DNA of 64,000 nucleotides. Source: Octopus vulgaris (lineage: Eukaryota). The stretch is from assembly GCA_951406725.2 (NCBI GenBank), contig OX597818.1, forward strand, positions 93,682,001 to 93,746,000, in the 5' to 3' direction. Of this stretch, positions 36,246 through 49,329 are shown piece by piece. The notes beneath the pieces are model-generated. The model did not search any database. It was not told the DNA's origin and saw only the letters and a program-made list of their open reading frames with translations. The position numbers were made by a program, and so were the translations under genes. Position 1 is the first letter of the stretch. The number at the start of each line of letters is the position of its first letter.

Positions 36246-39200
36246 TTATTATTTACATCACTTTAAAATCCAAAGTTTGTATCAGGGAACTATGGACAGT
36301 CTCAGGTGGGTTAGTATCAGAAAAGTTAAATACAATATCACATCACAGACATCTAGGTCTTTTGGATTTATATGTGCTTCATTACTAAGCAAAAACCATT
36401 TGAATCCACTCCAAGTTTTCATTTAACTGTGACATTCAGATATACAAATTTTCTCCTGTCTTTCTGCCTCCATATAAAAATGACATTGCAACTGGAGTGT
36501 AAACAATTTTAAACAACCAACACATTCTTCCTGCTTCTACAAAATGTTGTGACACTTTGGATGTTGACAAAGAAATAACAATAATAAATAAATAAAAGAA
36601 CATTGATTAAAACTAACCAGGAAAACAAGACCAACAATTAGTATTTTACAAAATAAAATATTTTATTAAAATATATATCATTGTTTTCAAAGGGATGGGA
36701 AGTTGCAACAACAAAAGTCAAGTACAATAAAAAAAAAAAAAGTATCTATCAGATTTTTAAAACCTCCCTCTACAGCTTACACTGCTGAGAGACTATTTCC
36801 ATCCCCCACAACATTTATTAAAAGCATATAACAAATATGGAACATTTGGTCCTTACAAAATTTGTTGCAGATGGACCATATAGAAGTTTAACATTTGGTG
36901 TAACTGTTATAAAACTTCAATGCCAGAGTCTAAAAAAAACTAGTGATTGTCAATGTTAATACTATTGCTAAGCCCCAGATCCATCTCCATTGACTGAATA
37001 GATCTATGATCAAAGGCAAGCCATCTCTGATTATTCACATTTTCTTTTTTAGGGGGGCTAGTGTATCCAGTACTACATCATCTAATTTTTTTTCTTTTTA
37101 AGACAGTAGGTGTAATTTGAGAGAAATTTGGTCGCTATTTCTAGAAGGTCAAGTAACCAGGTAAAGGTTCCTTTATTTTTTTTGGCCTAAGGAAACTAGC
37201 AGTGATCTGTAATGGCAAAGATCAGTTTAATAAATATTAATGCTTATGTGACTTTTGCCCTTTTTGGAGAAAAGAAATAAGGATTAAGAACTCTAATTGA
37301 AATGTTAACATTTTTTTATTCTCATGGTACATAAAAGTGTTTCGGTTTTGAAAACTTTATTAGATTACAGAAGTAAAAAGAGAGTAAAAACTAACACAGC
37401 TGTAACAGTGTCACGTTACTGAAAACTAAGTCTTTTGTTATTAAATTCTCTCCAGAAATTTGAGTACCATTAAGTCTATTTAAAAAGGTTATTTATTCAT
37501 TTAAAGCTGAAAATATAAAGACACTGCAAATGGGTGATGTCTACTAAGTCAACCATTGCATTGTATGATAGCATGATGTCTATTTGGCAGCAAGAGGATA
37601 CCAGTTTCAATCCCACTGCATGGCAATCTAAGCAAGCACCTTTTACCATAACCATATAAAAAAAATTAGGTAATAGAAACTGTATGGAAGCCTATTAAAG
37701 AGACCATTCCTTTTCTTTCATTGTAGATCCCTACCATCTGGCCCCCTGTTTCCAACAATACAAAAAAATAAAATAAAATAAATCTTTAGAAAATTAAAAT
37801 TTCTAAGGTTACAAAGTTTGGAGGCAAATGCTATCAATTTCATTGATAGAATCTTATTTTATCAACCCTGGACAATAAAAGGCTAAGTTAATCTCTGTAA
37901 AATGCAAACTCTTGAGTAAAGAGATGTAACAAGGGCACAAAATTACAATTTTTGGTGTGTGTGTGTGTGAGAGAGAGAGAGGGGAAGAACAGTTGATTAT
38001 GTGAATCCCACTATTTGAGTGGTTCTTATGCGAGAGCCAGCAAGATGAAATAATTGAGAAGGATTAGAGAAATATGCAAATGTTTTCCAAAACCATGTAA
38101 GGCTTTCAAGGAATGTTCCTTAGCTAATAAACCAAGTGGGAAAATAAATAGAATGCCAGTCTGTTGGTTAGATACAAACAGCTTGTCGAATTGAAGCCAC
38201 ATAAAATTCAGTACATAATCCAAAAGACAAGTGATGGATTTAGATTCTTGACACTTGAGCAGGTAGTTTGACACGAGATATATAGTGGTCACGTTGCTTC
38301 TATGAGGAGGGATGGGTAAGTGTTAATTATGGAACCTAAGGTTATACATGTATGTTTACGAAGGAGAAAAGATGGTAGATAGAAAATTCAAAAGTAACAG
38401 AAATGTAATGCCATTAGAAGAACAGAGAAAGGGAGAGTTTAATAGTGAAGCAGTGATTGGAGAATATTGATGAATGAAGGCTTTATTACCAAAGAAGGTA
38501 TTGCAATTTTTACTCTTATCTGTATCAGATGGTACACATGAAATGCAGCGACATAATCATAAATAGTTTTCTAGTGTATAGGGAATATTTCGGATGTACA
38601 TGATCCCACATTATTTCAAATGATCCCACATTATTTCCCAAGAAATCTTATAATACTAGCTCTGCAGAGGTGTGTGTGTGTGCGAAGCAAACTGGTTGGA
38701 AAAAATACCATGAGATAGTTATTCCGGCCCTCTGCATTCTGAGTTCGAATCCCGTCGAGGTCAACTTTTCTTTTCTTCCTTTCTGGGTCAATAAACAAAA
38801 TACCAGTACTTGGAGCGATTTTTCTTTCTCTATCTTTGTTGTCCCTAGATTGTACCTATAATTCAAAGGTGCAACCTTGTCATATTTTGTCATGCGGATT
38901 TTACCAAAGAATTACGTAATGGTTACATGTGTCTGTGGAATATTCAGTCATATACACTTTAATTTCTCATTGAGGAATTCAGTTGGTTGAACAACTGAAT
39001 GCATATAGTCGAGACAGAGAATCCATCATCAATATATATATATATCATCATACACACACACTTAACTTTACAAATAAAAGGTACAGAAATGTATGCGGGT
39101 CTTGTCTAATTATGTATGGGATCCTTCCTAAATGCGACACACGACCTCACATATGTACAGTGTGTGTATATGAATAGCGTATGCGTGTATACACAATAGT

Positions 39201-39555
39201 GTTCTTGTATACCTGTGTACATGTTACCATAAACACTAACATTTATCAGGCCAAACTGAATATTAACATTAACTATATATAAAGCTCTCCCACTCAAGCC
39301 GGATGTGGGTGCTGAATAATCCATGGGTTTTGTCTCCTCTAAGACTGGAAAAAAAAAACACTTCATAAGAATGAATGCATATTCTTGAATATGTACAGCA
39401 CATATTGTAACTGTGTATACGTATATTTGGAAAGACTTCCTTTTGTCCGAGGGGTACAAAAGGTGTCTTGCCGTTATATTTATATCTATGAATGTAATCA
39501 TATACACCTTTCTAAGTGGATACGAAAGTGAAAGAATCTTAAATACTAAATCCGC

Positions 39556-39627
<72 letters not shown>

Positions 39628-39855
39628 TGCGTGTGTGTATGTAAAACAAAAATTGAATACATGATAAATCAACCCAAGAGAAGGCAAGTACTTGTTGCTG
39701 ACTGGTAGACTACAAAAATACATGTTTAAAAACAAAGATAAAAACTTGAAATGATTAATTATAATTACAAAAATGAAAGAAAAATGTTCAAATACTTAAA
39801 CAATTAATGAGGTATAAAAACTGTCAGGTTTACATAAATTCCATAGGTTTTGTTT

Positions 39856-41112
39856 TCAACAGAGAGGTTGTGTTTCTTGTTTAATTCCAGACACATCGGT
39901 CGTAGTTTCGGTCATTGTTGGCGTCATGTCGCCTGGTGATGGCATCTCAGCACAATTTGAATCTAGTAACTCTGGGTCGGCTTTCACGGACATTTTGCTA
40001 CAACCCTGATCCGGATAGGAACTAGGATTAGGTTCCACAGGGTCACTTGGATGTACATCGGACCTTTCATTGTCTGGCAAACTGGAGTGGACAGCGGAAG
40101 TATTTGCAACTCTGCAAGTTCGGCTGTTGTCGGAGAGAACTTGTTTCTGAAGACTGAGTACTAAAGCAACTAACTCTTCTTTCTCTAGTTGTAAAAGACT
40201 TTCTGTGGTCAGAAGTTTACCGAAGTTTGCTGGCTTGGAATGTTGCAATTCCTGGCTTTCGACTAAGCTACAAGATTCCATTCCTGACCACATTGATATA
40301 TTATCAGGAAGAGTAAAACTCGTCGCGCCGTGTTCGACATTCCTTAAGTCTGAGGGGCAACCGGCTGCATACAAAGGTACCACTGCATCTGTAGAATTAT
40401 CTATAGTCTCTAAACTGAAAGAACGATTACTCAGTTTGGACGAAAAAGGTGTTTCAAAGTTGTTCGTTAACCAAGCACTTACCAATGCTGTACTTGACGT
40501 AGGGTCGGTTAAGTTCGGCTTTTCTTGAGGAGTGGATTCATTGGATACATTTCGAGTTTTATTAGATTTCAAATCAATTTTTTTCCATCTTGCTTTTCTT
40601 GCAGCCCTTTTCCTTGGAGGATTATGTTTAAATTTATTTTGTTGTTTGGAAGATTGTGCGTTTGTTGTGCGTTTATTGGCTGCTTTCAGGCGCTGCATCT
40701 TCGATCTTTTTAAAAGTTTCGTTTTATTTTTAGTAGAGGTTTTAACACCAGGTTTGGTTTTTTGGTAATTGTTGAAAGGTTTACGCAACGGAACTCTAAA
40801 ATAACCAGAGTTATTGAGGGATGTATGATGTACTGGAAGAGTAGGCGGCAATGTATTAATTATTTTTTGGTTATCCGAAGTTTGAAAACCATAATGCATC
40901 GAATGTGAAAATGAAGCGTATCCAAATCCTATATTTTTTCCATTCCACGAATGTATATATGGACTGTTAATTCTACTGTTGGTAGAAGGTGGATGCCAAT
41001 AATTAATGTTATTATTTGTGGGATATCTTCGGACCTGGTTGGTATTATTATTGTTGTTCTCAGCGCTACTAGGAAGGACGAAGTTAAAACGATCTCCCGG
41101 ACGACGATACAT
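39856..41112 (-). CDS. Intronless 418-aa uncharacterised protein (basic K/R tract plus short coiled coil; weak HEXIM-like segments)
   Basis: 1257-bp uninterrupted ORF in non-repetitive, CpG-retaining sequence with no transposon motifs. N/P-rich N-terminus, basic tract around aa 110-190, TESLLQLEKEELVALVLSLQKQV amphipathic helix. Confidence 0.75.
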   Translation of the reverse strand: MYRRPGDRFNFVLPSSAENNNNNTNQVRRYPTNNNINYWHPPSTNSRINSPYIHSWNGKNIGFGYASFSHSMHYGFQTSDNQKIINTLPPTLPVHHTSLNNSGYFRVPLRKPFNNYQKTKPGVKTSTKNKTKLLKRSKMQRLKAANKRTTNAQSSKQQNKFKHNPPRKRAARKARWKKIDLKSNKTRNVSNESTPQEKPNLTDPTSSTALVSAWLTNNFETPFSSKLSNRSFSLETIDNSTDAVVPLYAAGCPSDLRNVEHGATSFTLPDNISMWSGMESCSLVESQELQHSKPANFGKLLTTESLLQLEKEELVALVLSLQKQVLSDNSRTCRVANTSAVHSSLPDNERSDVHPSDPVEPNPSSYPDQGCSKMSVKADPELLDSNCAEMPSPGDMTPTMTETTTDVSGIKQETQPLC

Positions 41113-41486
41113 TGTACTGACAGTACTAATTCTGCAACAAAACTATTTCGTCAGAATTTTTTATAGATCTCGTCAGTCGAATAACTTTCACTTCCCTAGA
41201 AACTTTAACTTTCACTTCAACTTTTTCTCAGTCTCATGTGTAAACTACGGAAACAACCGGAAAAGTTTCCGTAACGTTCTTCCTTTTCTTTTAAGAAATT
41301 ATCGCTACTGTTTCATCTGTATTTCGCAGCGAATTCTTTATAAATTTTCTTTTTTATAGTCTGTGGATAAAATATAAGCGCATATAATGTTAGTTAAATC
41401 AACGTAGCCGCAGTGAAGTTACCCATGATGCTGCGCGCTTGACCTTGTCAGTACTGTATTGCTACAGCTAATACATTGTACGAACC
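41113..41486. promoter_or_regulatory. Putative bidirectional promoter
   Basis: Lies between divergent start codons (41112 and 41615). ZNF143/Staf-like TTACCCATGATGC at 41419-41431, Inr-like TCAGT at 41448-41452 (+), TATA-like TATAAAAA on minus at ~41352-41359; CpGs visibly more frequent than in flanks. Confidence 0.6.
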
Positions 41487-41615
41487 ATGTGTATGTTCCT
41501 CACCAACAAAATCAACAAATTCTATTACTTATATGAATCTGACTTCCATATACGCACGTCTGACCAATTAGTAAGATCTTTTAGCTATAGCAGGACACAA
41601 CATATAGGAGAATAA
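41487..41615 (+). CDS. 42-aa upstream ORF overlapping the main start codon (TAATG)
   Basis: accATG at 41487 gives MCMFLTNKINKFYYLYESDFHIRTSDQLVRSFSYSRTQHIGE*; stop TAA 41613-41615 shares its last A with ATG 41615-41617. Confidence 0.55.
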   Translation: MCMFLTNKINKFYYLYESDFHIRTSDQLVRSFSYSRTQHIGE

Positions 41616-41636
41616 TGCCCAAGGGAAAAAGAAAAA
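41615..41636 (+). CDS. IFRD1: IFRD1/2-like gene, coding exon 1 (MPKGKRK, phase 1)
   Basis: ataATG CCC AAG GGA AAA AGA AAA A|GTAAGT consensus donor; splices in frame to 62437 or 62440. An MP[KR]-basic start is typical of IFRD proteins. Confidence 0.6.
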
Positions 41637-42863
41637 GTAAGTTTTCTTACGTAATTTTTGCAGGCGTGAGCATTTTGTGGCCAAAAAATGGGTAACCAGT
41701 TTGAATAATTCCTGACGTGTAAAGTCGTTCCCTGTCTTTGTGTCCGCCTATGTCGGTTATTGACACCAGTTGCCGTGGCATGGCCGGCTTTGATTATTAC
41801 AAATGTGGCGGGATTTCACATGATCCACACACTCACCTCTTTCTCTCTCTCGCCTAAATTTCTTTTCATATTCTATTCCGTTACTACCGATACCGTTTGT
41901 CTTCACTATTTCTTATTCGTTATTTTTTTTTCAAGTTACCATTGATATATATTAACACCCATGCCATATTAGTCGCTAAGAGGTTGTAATTAGTCATTAG
42001 ATACACATTATCTCGGCTACATTTCTTACTGTAAATAAACAAATAAAATTATAATTGAATATATTAAATTTATTGTCCTGTAGCGAGGTATGGTTCTTAG
42101 CCATTTATCAGGTGATAATATATTTGGTGTACGTTAATCTATTTAGTGTGTGCTTAATACATTTCATGTACGAGCCAACGCGGGAGCCTCTGTGCGTTCA
42201 TTCGGCTTGCTAGAAATATTAACTAAATCTTACTCAAATCGCACCCTATCGATCCATTGTCAAATTTATCCCCTGATATGCTAACAAAAAAAGATTGGTC
42301 ACTCTGTAACGGTATGATCATAGGTCTACTCGATAAGGGCGGCCTGGGGCCAAACAACTGCTGTTGCGTGTAACGGATGTACGTATGCCCACCCCCGACT
42401 TATGTAAGACGTGATTATCTAATACCGTAGAAGGTGATCCATAACTGAAAACCAACGTAATGTTTTGGTGACCCCACTCAGCTTTGTTTAGGTAGACTCA
42501 AGGTACATAGGTTAAATTATTATCATCTAATAAAAGAAATTATATCTATGTCAAATCGGCTACAATTTCTAGCGGAGTTCTTTATGCAACCTTACGTATT
42601 CTTTATTTCTGAAATCATCCTTACAGTTAAAAAATAGAATAAAACGTATAAGTATTCTGTTCTTTATTGGTCAATCCCTTTTACTGAATGGGGGCCACGA
42701 TTTCCGATGATTTAAATAAACCATGTGTCTCTGTTTGAGAGGCAATGGGGAGTTTATTGAAGGGAGAGTTTCGACCTGCGTGCTGACCAAGCTGGGCGAT
42801 TGACAAAATCGTTGACACGCGTGGTCTATATTGAAAGGACTCTTGCTTAGACCCCACCTGGTC

Positions 42864-42975
42864 TAGGCATGGCCAACCTGTTTCGAGAAGTGGGCTGCAT
42901 GAAAAATGGCTCATCATCAAGCGATCCACACTAAAATAATTCAAAGTAATGCGGGCCGCATTTTGCCCATGACTG
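42864..42975. mobile_element. Degenerate hAT MITE
   Basis: taggcatggccaacct ... gcgggccgcattttgcccatgactg; related to 52058-52203. Confidence 0.55.
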
Positions 42976-45325
42976 CTATAGACAATCTCCCAACATGTAG
43001 TGATGGACTCTTGATTACTGTCAGTTAACTTATTGGTACACCTCTCTAGTTCCATGCTTCTGTTTTTATAATAATGTTTTTCAAGGCATCACGAACATAT
43101 AAGGACATTGATTCCGTTATCTGATCACAACCGCCCTAAGTCTTCCACCACCTACGCTGTCGCTCGCTCGGTTTAAGGACAAGCGGTCAAATTTCCTTGA
43201 TTTATACCTTTCGATTTTAAAAGGGGATATATTGGCGCTTTTCGTTAATACTGCTATATTCCCTCCTCTTAGAAACAGGTACAAAAAATAAAACAGTATT
43301 TTATCCTCTGCTGTATAAATATTGACAGGTGTATTTGTAAACCAGTATATGAAACCAGGTTTCGGACTAACTATAGAATGAAATAATTTTTAGATTACCG
43401 ACAGGTGACTAGAAATGCTTCAAGTACTGTACACTGGGTTCATCATAACAGTGAATGTATTTCACTGAGAAAAAGAGTGAAAAAGGTTTTCTGGATGAAA
43501 ATTGAGTGTTATTTAATTATTTATTGAAAATAGCTATCCAATATTAACATCTTTTAACTTAAATACCTGTTAAAATCCATCAAAAGCGGGTCTTATTTAA
43601 ACGCAAAATTATTTGCGAAGATCCTGTTGGAATAATGGAAACGTCATCACATGGATGGCTTTAACAGTTGTTTGTTTCATAGGTGGGTGGCCTGTGAAGG
43701 TTGAGGCGGCGGCGGACAAATTGCCATGTGAAGTAAAATTAAGATCATTTTAAAACTTGTCCAACACTAACGAAGAAAGAATAACATGAGGACAATTTCT
43801 TTCTGTTTTGTTGTCACTTTCATGACATTTCTTTAATATTGTTTTTGGGGAACGTGGAAACCACCACGTTATAGTGTCTTAGTCGGCTGTCTACTGCCCT
43901 CTACTTTCACGATGGAAGATGATCATTTTCTAATAATTTCGTTTTTTCTTCGCTCATGAAAGTACTAAAGAACAAAAATTTTAGATAGTAAGACTCTGCG
44001 TCCGTTGCCTTTTGCTGAAAAAGAGAAAAAAAAAAAAAAAAAAACACGCACACGTCTAAGAATATTGGCGATGCATCTCAAGTTGTCTTTATCTGATGTC
44101 TACATTGTTGGTTAACTGAATTCCTCTGTTCCTCCCTAATAGTGCATCTACCCTAGCTAGTGCCCTTCATTAGCTGAGTGTATTTTCATTGTTCCACCCC
44201 TTTATCTCTGTTGCCCCCACCCCTGTTAACATGCGCATAGTTTTCTTAATTTTACCATTCTGGTTGATCGAACCTTCCTCTCCCAGATGGTGGTGGAGGT
44301 AGTTGACAACTCAGACTGTTGCATCAGCCCAAATGCCTACCAAGCAGTTAAAGCTATGTAACATTAACAGATGTTATCGTCAGAAATATGGCAAAACACC
44401 CAGTTTTCAGTAGCACTACATTGCCAATAATAGTGATCTCGAAACAAGCACAAAACCACATGTGCAGTGAGTAGGATATAATCGTTTTGGCTGGCCCCTA
44501 TGGACACAATAAGAAAGGAAAACAAAGTCGACCTTAGCGAGATATGAACTAGCAGTGCAAAAGCATTTTAACTAAATATTGTAAGGCATTTTTTTTTTTT
44601 GTTGGGCGTTCTAGCAATAATAATTTCTAACTATAGTATAAAGGGAAGCGGCAAAGTTGATAAGGAAAATGCAGTATATAACCAATATTTATTTTTAAGG
44701 TCTTCTAACCTGGGTACCTTTATAGATCTGAAGGACGAACAACTTTTGGCAGTTTTGAATTTAGAAATCTAATATTAGTTTTCTTTTTCTTACGTCACGA
44801 AGATCTTGTATTTTAGGTGAAAGACATGAAATGTTGTGATACCCATGTAATTTCCCTCCAATGTGAGTGAAATTAGGTTCTAGGTCAGTCCTGATCGAGT
44901 AGGCTTATAGTCATAAAAGGAGTTCCATTCAGGTTTTTTTTTTATTCAATGTATCTGATAGCATTAACCAGCACTTTCATACTTTATTTTTCGTCTTTTC
45001 CAAGGCAGTATGGTGTGATTCGCGGAAGATTTAGCTGCTATTTCTAGAAAATTGAACGACCACGTTGGGGCTCTTTCACTGACTCTTTCCTGTCGTCTTG
45101 TAAAGTAGTTTCACACACACACACACACACATTATATATATATATATATATATAGGGACGAGAAGAGAGAGAAATACATAACTGCATTTAAAAATTTTTT
45201 AATGGGAAAAAAGTTATAAAAATGGTTCAAATTTCGTGCATTGTACGGAGCTCTCAACCTTTGAGCCACTTTAACTTTCTGCCGATTAAAAAAAAGTTTA
45301 ACCATGTATTGAGATTCGCCAATGC

Positions 45326-45360
<35 letters not shown>

Positions 45361-46639
45361 ACACCAAATGTAATGGCACGTCCTCGTATGGGTTAATCCA
45401 AGGCATCGGGAGTTTTTGGTGTCTATTTTAGTCAATTCCTTCTTAACCTGGCTTATTGCTTCTGGTTAATGGTGTTTCCCCACTTTATCTCCCAACACGT
45501 GACTCCCTATCTGTGACAGATGGAAACTTCATTTAAATAATTATATAATATCTAATCTAATGATTTATAAGATTCCAAAACTGCTCTCCCTGTACCGTTA
45601 AACGTATGCGAGTGTGTGTATATTATATATATATACATACATACACTCGCGTTATATATATATATATATACATACATATACACGTGTGTGTGTGTGTGTA
45701 TAGAAATAGAGCAATTTGGCCCACGTGTACAATTCTTGATCACCACCACCACGACCAAAATGTCAGCTGGTTTCTTGCCTTCAGCTGCTACTTACTACCT
45801 ACCCATTCATGTCTTTTATTATTTGTTGTTCTTTTTTTAAACACATTCAGCTTTCGTGGTTTTCTTTCGTTTATAGTCACGTCTAAAATTTTTAAAGGGA
45901 CTGAAGACTGCACTTTGGAAGATTGAGTAGAGGTCTAAATAGCAATTTAGAAATTCCAAACAATATAGCTATTTTTCTCCATTTCGTCTCGGTTTCCTAT
46001 CCGTAGCCTACATCTAACTTTTACAGTACTTTCCAGTACTTCTGTTTGCCACTATCGTTCTCATTTACAATTAGAAATTTTTTATTTTAAATAATTTAGC
46101 TTCGGCTGCATTTCGAATCTTACACTCTGCCTGCAATCATATCGTTTTATATCTTGTCCACTCTGATCACATCTGTTTATTTTTCGATTATAATTTCATC
46201 TCGCTTATTGTCTCAATTTATGTGGTAATAAACTGAGATAATAAACATTGTGTCCAGATTATTCTTTTATAATTTCACTCATTTTCGTCATGGATAAGCA
46301 TGTTTGTATAGTTGAAAAGTTCGCTAGCACTTTGTTCTAAGTTCGATGTCACTGCGCAGTACTGGGTAAGTGACTTCACCTTATACGTAGAATCCGTTTG
46401 ACAGGAATTTTGACGAAGCCCTTGTGTGTGAATGTGTACAGGTGTCTTTTCCTGCTCCGTAACTTAGCAGTTTCACGAATAGAAATCGATAAAACAAAGT
46501 ATCAAATTGAAATAAGTACGTTTTTGTTTGCCTTGAAATCATCATTCTGCTTACACTAACAAATGAAACGAATTATTTTGGCGTGGCGTGAATATTGTTT
46601 AGTACCAGTCGTATATTGGTAAAAGAAAATCAGTTTCAC

Positions 46640-46950
46640 ATAAAACCAACCATGCTGGGGTACTGCTTTGAAGAGTTTTTTTTTCTTCGAAAAAATCGAT
46701 CTCCTTACCTTTTTCTTTTTTAAGTCTGGTACTAGTTGTTTTTGTTTTTTTGTTGAACTGCCAAGTTACGGAGATGCAAACAAACCATCACCAATTGCCA
46801 AACTGTGTGGATACTCATAAACAACACACACAATGGGTTTCTATCGGTTTCTGTCTGCTAATTTCACTCGCGGATGTTTGGTCAACCTGAAGCAATTGTA
46901 GAAGGCACTTGTGGTTGGGAAGCTAACTTCCTATCACAGTCATACCTGCG
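46640..46950 (-). mobile_element. Degenerate SINE family A copy
   Basis: ccatgctgg...ccaagttacggagatgcaaacaaacc...gtagaaggcacttg...cacagtcatacctgcgtct aligns with 22822-23230. Confidence 0.6.
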
Positions 46951-47789
46951 TCTTTAGCATTTTTTGTGGATATTTTGATTAATCTTTTTTGTAGGGGAAA
47001 CTGTTTAAGAGGGAATAAAGTATTAGGGGTCACCACTTTGTGGTAATGGTTAGTGGTGATGGTGGTGAGTAGCAAAATACCTCTGGTATTTAGTTGCATC
47101 CCTTTACACCCTTCATTCAGAAGATGAAGAACTTAAGTTTGGGGGAAAGAAAGCTTTTGATTTCTGTTTGAAGGTTATTCCACTTTGGGAAAGTATAAGC
47201 ACCACCATGCTGTCTTGAGTTGAGAGAACTATTATTATTATTTGGGATTGACAAGTCAAGTATTGGGATCAAGCTAATTTATTATGCTCCTTTCCCAAGA
47301 TCTAACACTGGATCTTGTCAAACCATGCAACACATTCCAGCATGGAAAACAGCTGTGAAACGATAATGATGATGATGATTGTAATATAAATAGTAGTGCA
47401 CTGCTGTCATTATAAAGCAACCAGTAGAACACTACTTACGTGGCAGATGTCATCGACACAACCATTTACATAAAGTGCTAGTCAGTTTCCTCAGTTGTAC
47501 CCTCTTGAAATTGAGGATTTTTGCTAATGTATGAAATCTTTATTTTACTGTGCTTAAGTAAAAAAAAATTTTAAACTTATTTTTAATTTAAATTGTCTTG
47601 TAAAAACCACGTTCACAATTGGGATTTATTAACCTGTCACTACTACCATTGAGTTTTATCACGTTTTCTTTATTGTGATGAGTGTAACTATTCAAATTTG
47701 TTTTGTAATTATTATAAAATAGGTCTTTATATTTTAAAGATGGATTTAAATCAGTCTGTAGAGTGGCTGTCCTCACTGTGCAGAAAAGG

Positions 47790-48465
47790 AGTCCATATGA
47801 ATTTCCATATAGTGTACAAGGAGTGTAGTGGAATCACATTCATATGATATGCCCGGTATAAACTATAGATGCACAAGGGATCATGGACACATTATCAGGG
47901 AAAGGTAGCTGTATATATGGCAGACATAAAGTAGTAGTAAGATATGCATGATTTTATAAATATTTGGAAGGCCCTATCAAGTTGTAGTTGATAGCTTTCA
48001 TTACCTAGGTAACTTAATTAGTAGTAGTGGTGGTGTGTGTTCTGAAAGTATTATAGCCAGAAATACAAATGTGATGGGGAAATGTTCAGGGGATTATTAC
48101 ATCTGCTGGCAACAAAGAGTTTTTCTCTGAGATGGTACAAGGTGTGTGTACAAAGTGCGATATTGTATGTTAACAAGACATGAACTTAGAATGCAGGAAA
48201 GCATGAACAATGGCACAAATGAATCGTTGGGGTGGAGTTAGGGCATAAAAGTAATTGGAAGTTATGTGCTAGAAAAGATAACACTGGAGTGAACATGCCA
48301 CTTGCTCCAAGTGGGTGGAACCTTGGGGGGGGGGGAGATCAAGAAAGACATGGGACTAAGTGGTGAAGGCTGATGAAATGACTAGGAATAGCGACTTGTG
48401 GAAAAGTGTTGTGCTGGAGAGGACCTGTCCAATCTATGCAAGTATGGGAAGGTGGTGGTGATGAA
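47790..48465 (+). mobile_element. Highly decayed RTE LINE fragment
   Basis: gtagttgatagctttcattacctaggt... matches 6573-6600; downstream similarity to 6660-7130. Confidence 0.7.
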
Positions 48466-49329
48466 TATTGGTGTGTATGTAACTGTTGGTTCTCTCCTGA
48501 CTATTATGTATGTTCACATTTGCATCTCCATATGCTGTTCTTCCCATCCAACATCACACTAAACATGTTTGTATTCACTTCCCAGTTTATCATCACTCTT
48601 TATTGTTAGCCAGCTCTCTTCTATGTCATTACTCTAATTATTAACACCCCCTTTTACTATTATCCCTTTTAATGTTGTCCATCACACTCACTTCAAATAC
48701 TCTATCTAGTCATTCTCTTCACTCATTTTCTTGTTCTATTCCATTACTCTTTAGTTACTCTTCCATCACACTTTTTTGAGACCACCAAGTCCAAGTGAGT
48801 GAAAGAACAGAGACCTGATAGGTTAAAGAGTTTCCTTTAGTCTTGCCAAGCTGTTACAGATTACATTCTGTAAAGTGGTTGACAAATGAACTATGACAGT
48901 GTAGAAGAGAGGGAACATTTTGGTCCTATTGCAAACATAACCTCTCCTGTACTGGTTGTACTAGTACAACAGTGTATTACATTTAGTATTCTTTGTAAAG
49001 TTGTTGGCAAAAGGAAGGACATCCAGCCATAGTAAAACCTATTAAACATTTAGAGTCTGAGACTAGGTCTCTGTCTGACTTGGCTAGGAGGGAATTAACA
49101 ATAAGAACTTGATCTTTGGTGACCTGTCCGAACCATACCAGCATAGGAAAGCAAATGTAAAGTGATGATGATGTGCCTGCCTTCATCTACTACTTGACTA
49201 TTACAATTTAGTTCTGCTGTTTTTGACTTCTATAGTTATGAGTTCTCTATTAACTGCCAAATATACATGCATACATATATCACCCATGCCAGCAAGGACA
49301 GCATACGTTAAACGATGATGATATAAAGT

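Noticed and set aside
36640-39855. Long 3' UTR of the 418-aa gene ending near minus-strand AATAAA at 36662-36667
   Set aside because: Plausible, but such hexamers are common in AT-rich DNA and SINE fragments intervene; needs transcript data.
42681-43055. 124-aa minus-strand ORF as a nested gene
   Set aside because: Overlaps a degenerate hAT MITE and has no recognisable motifs or supporting signals.
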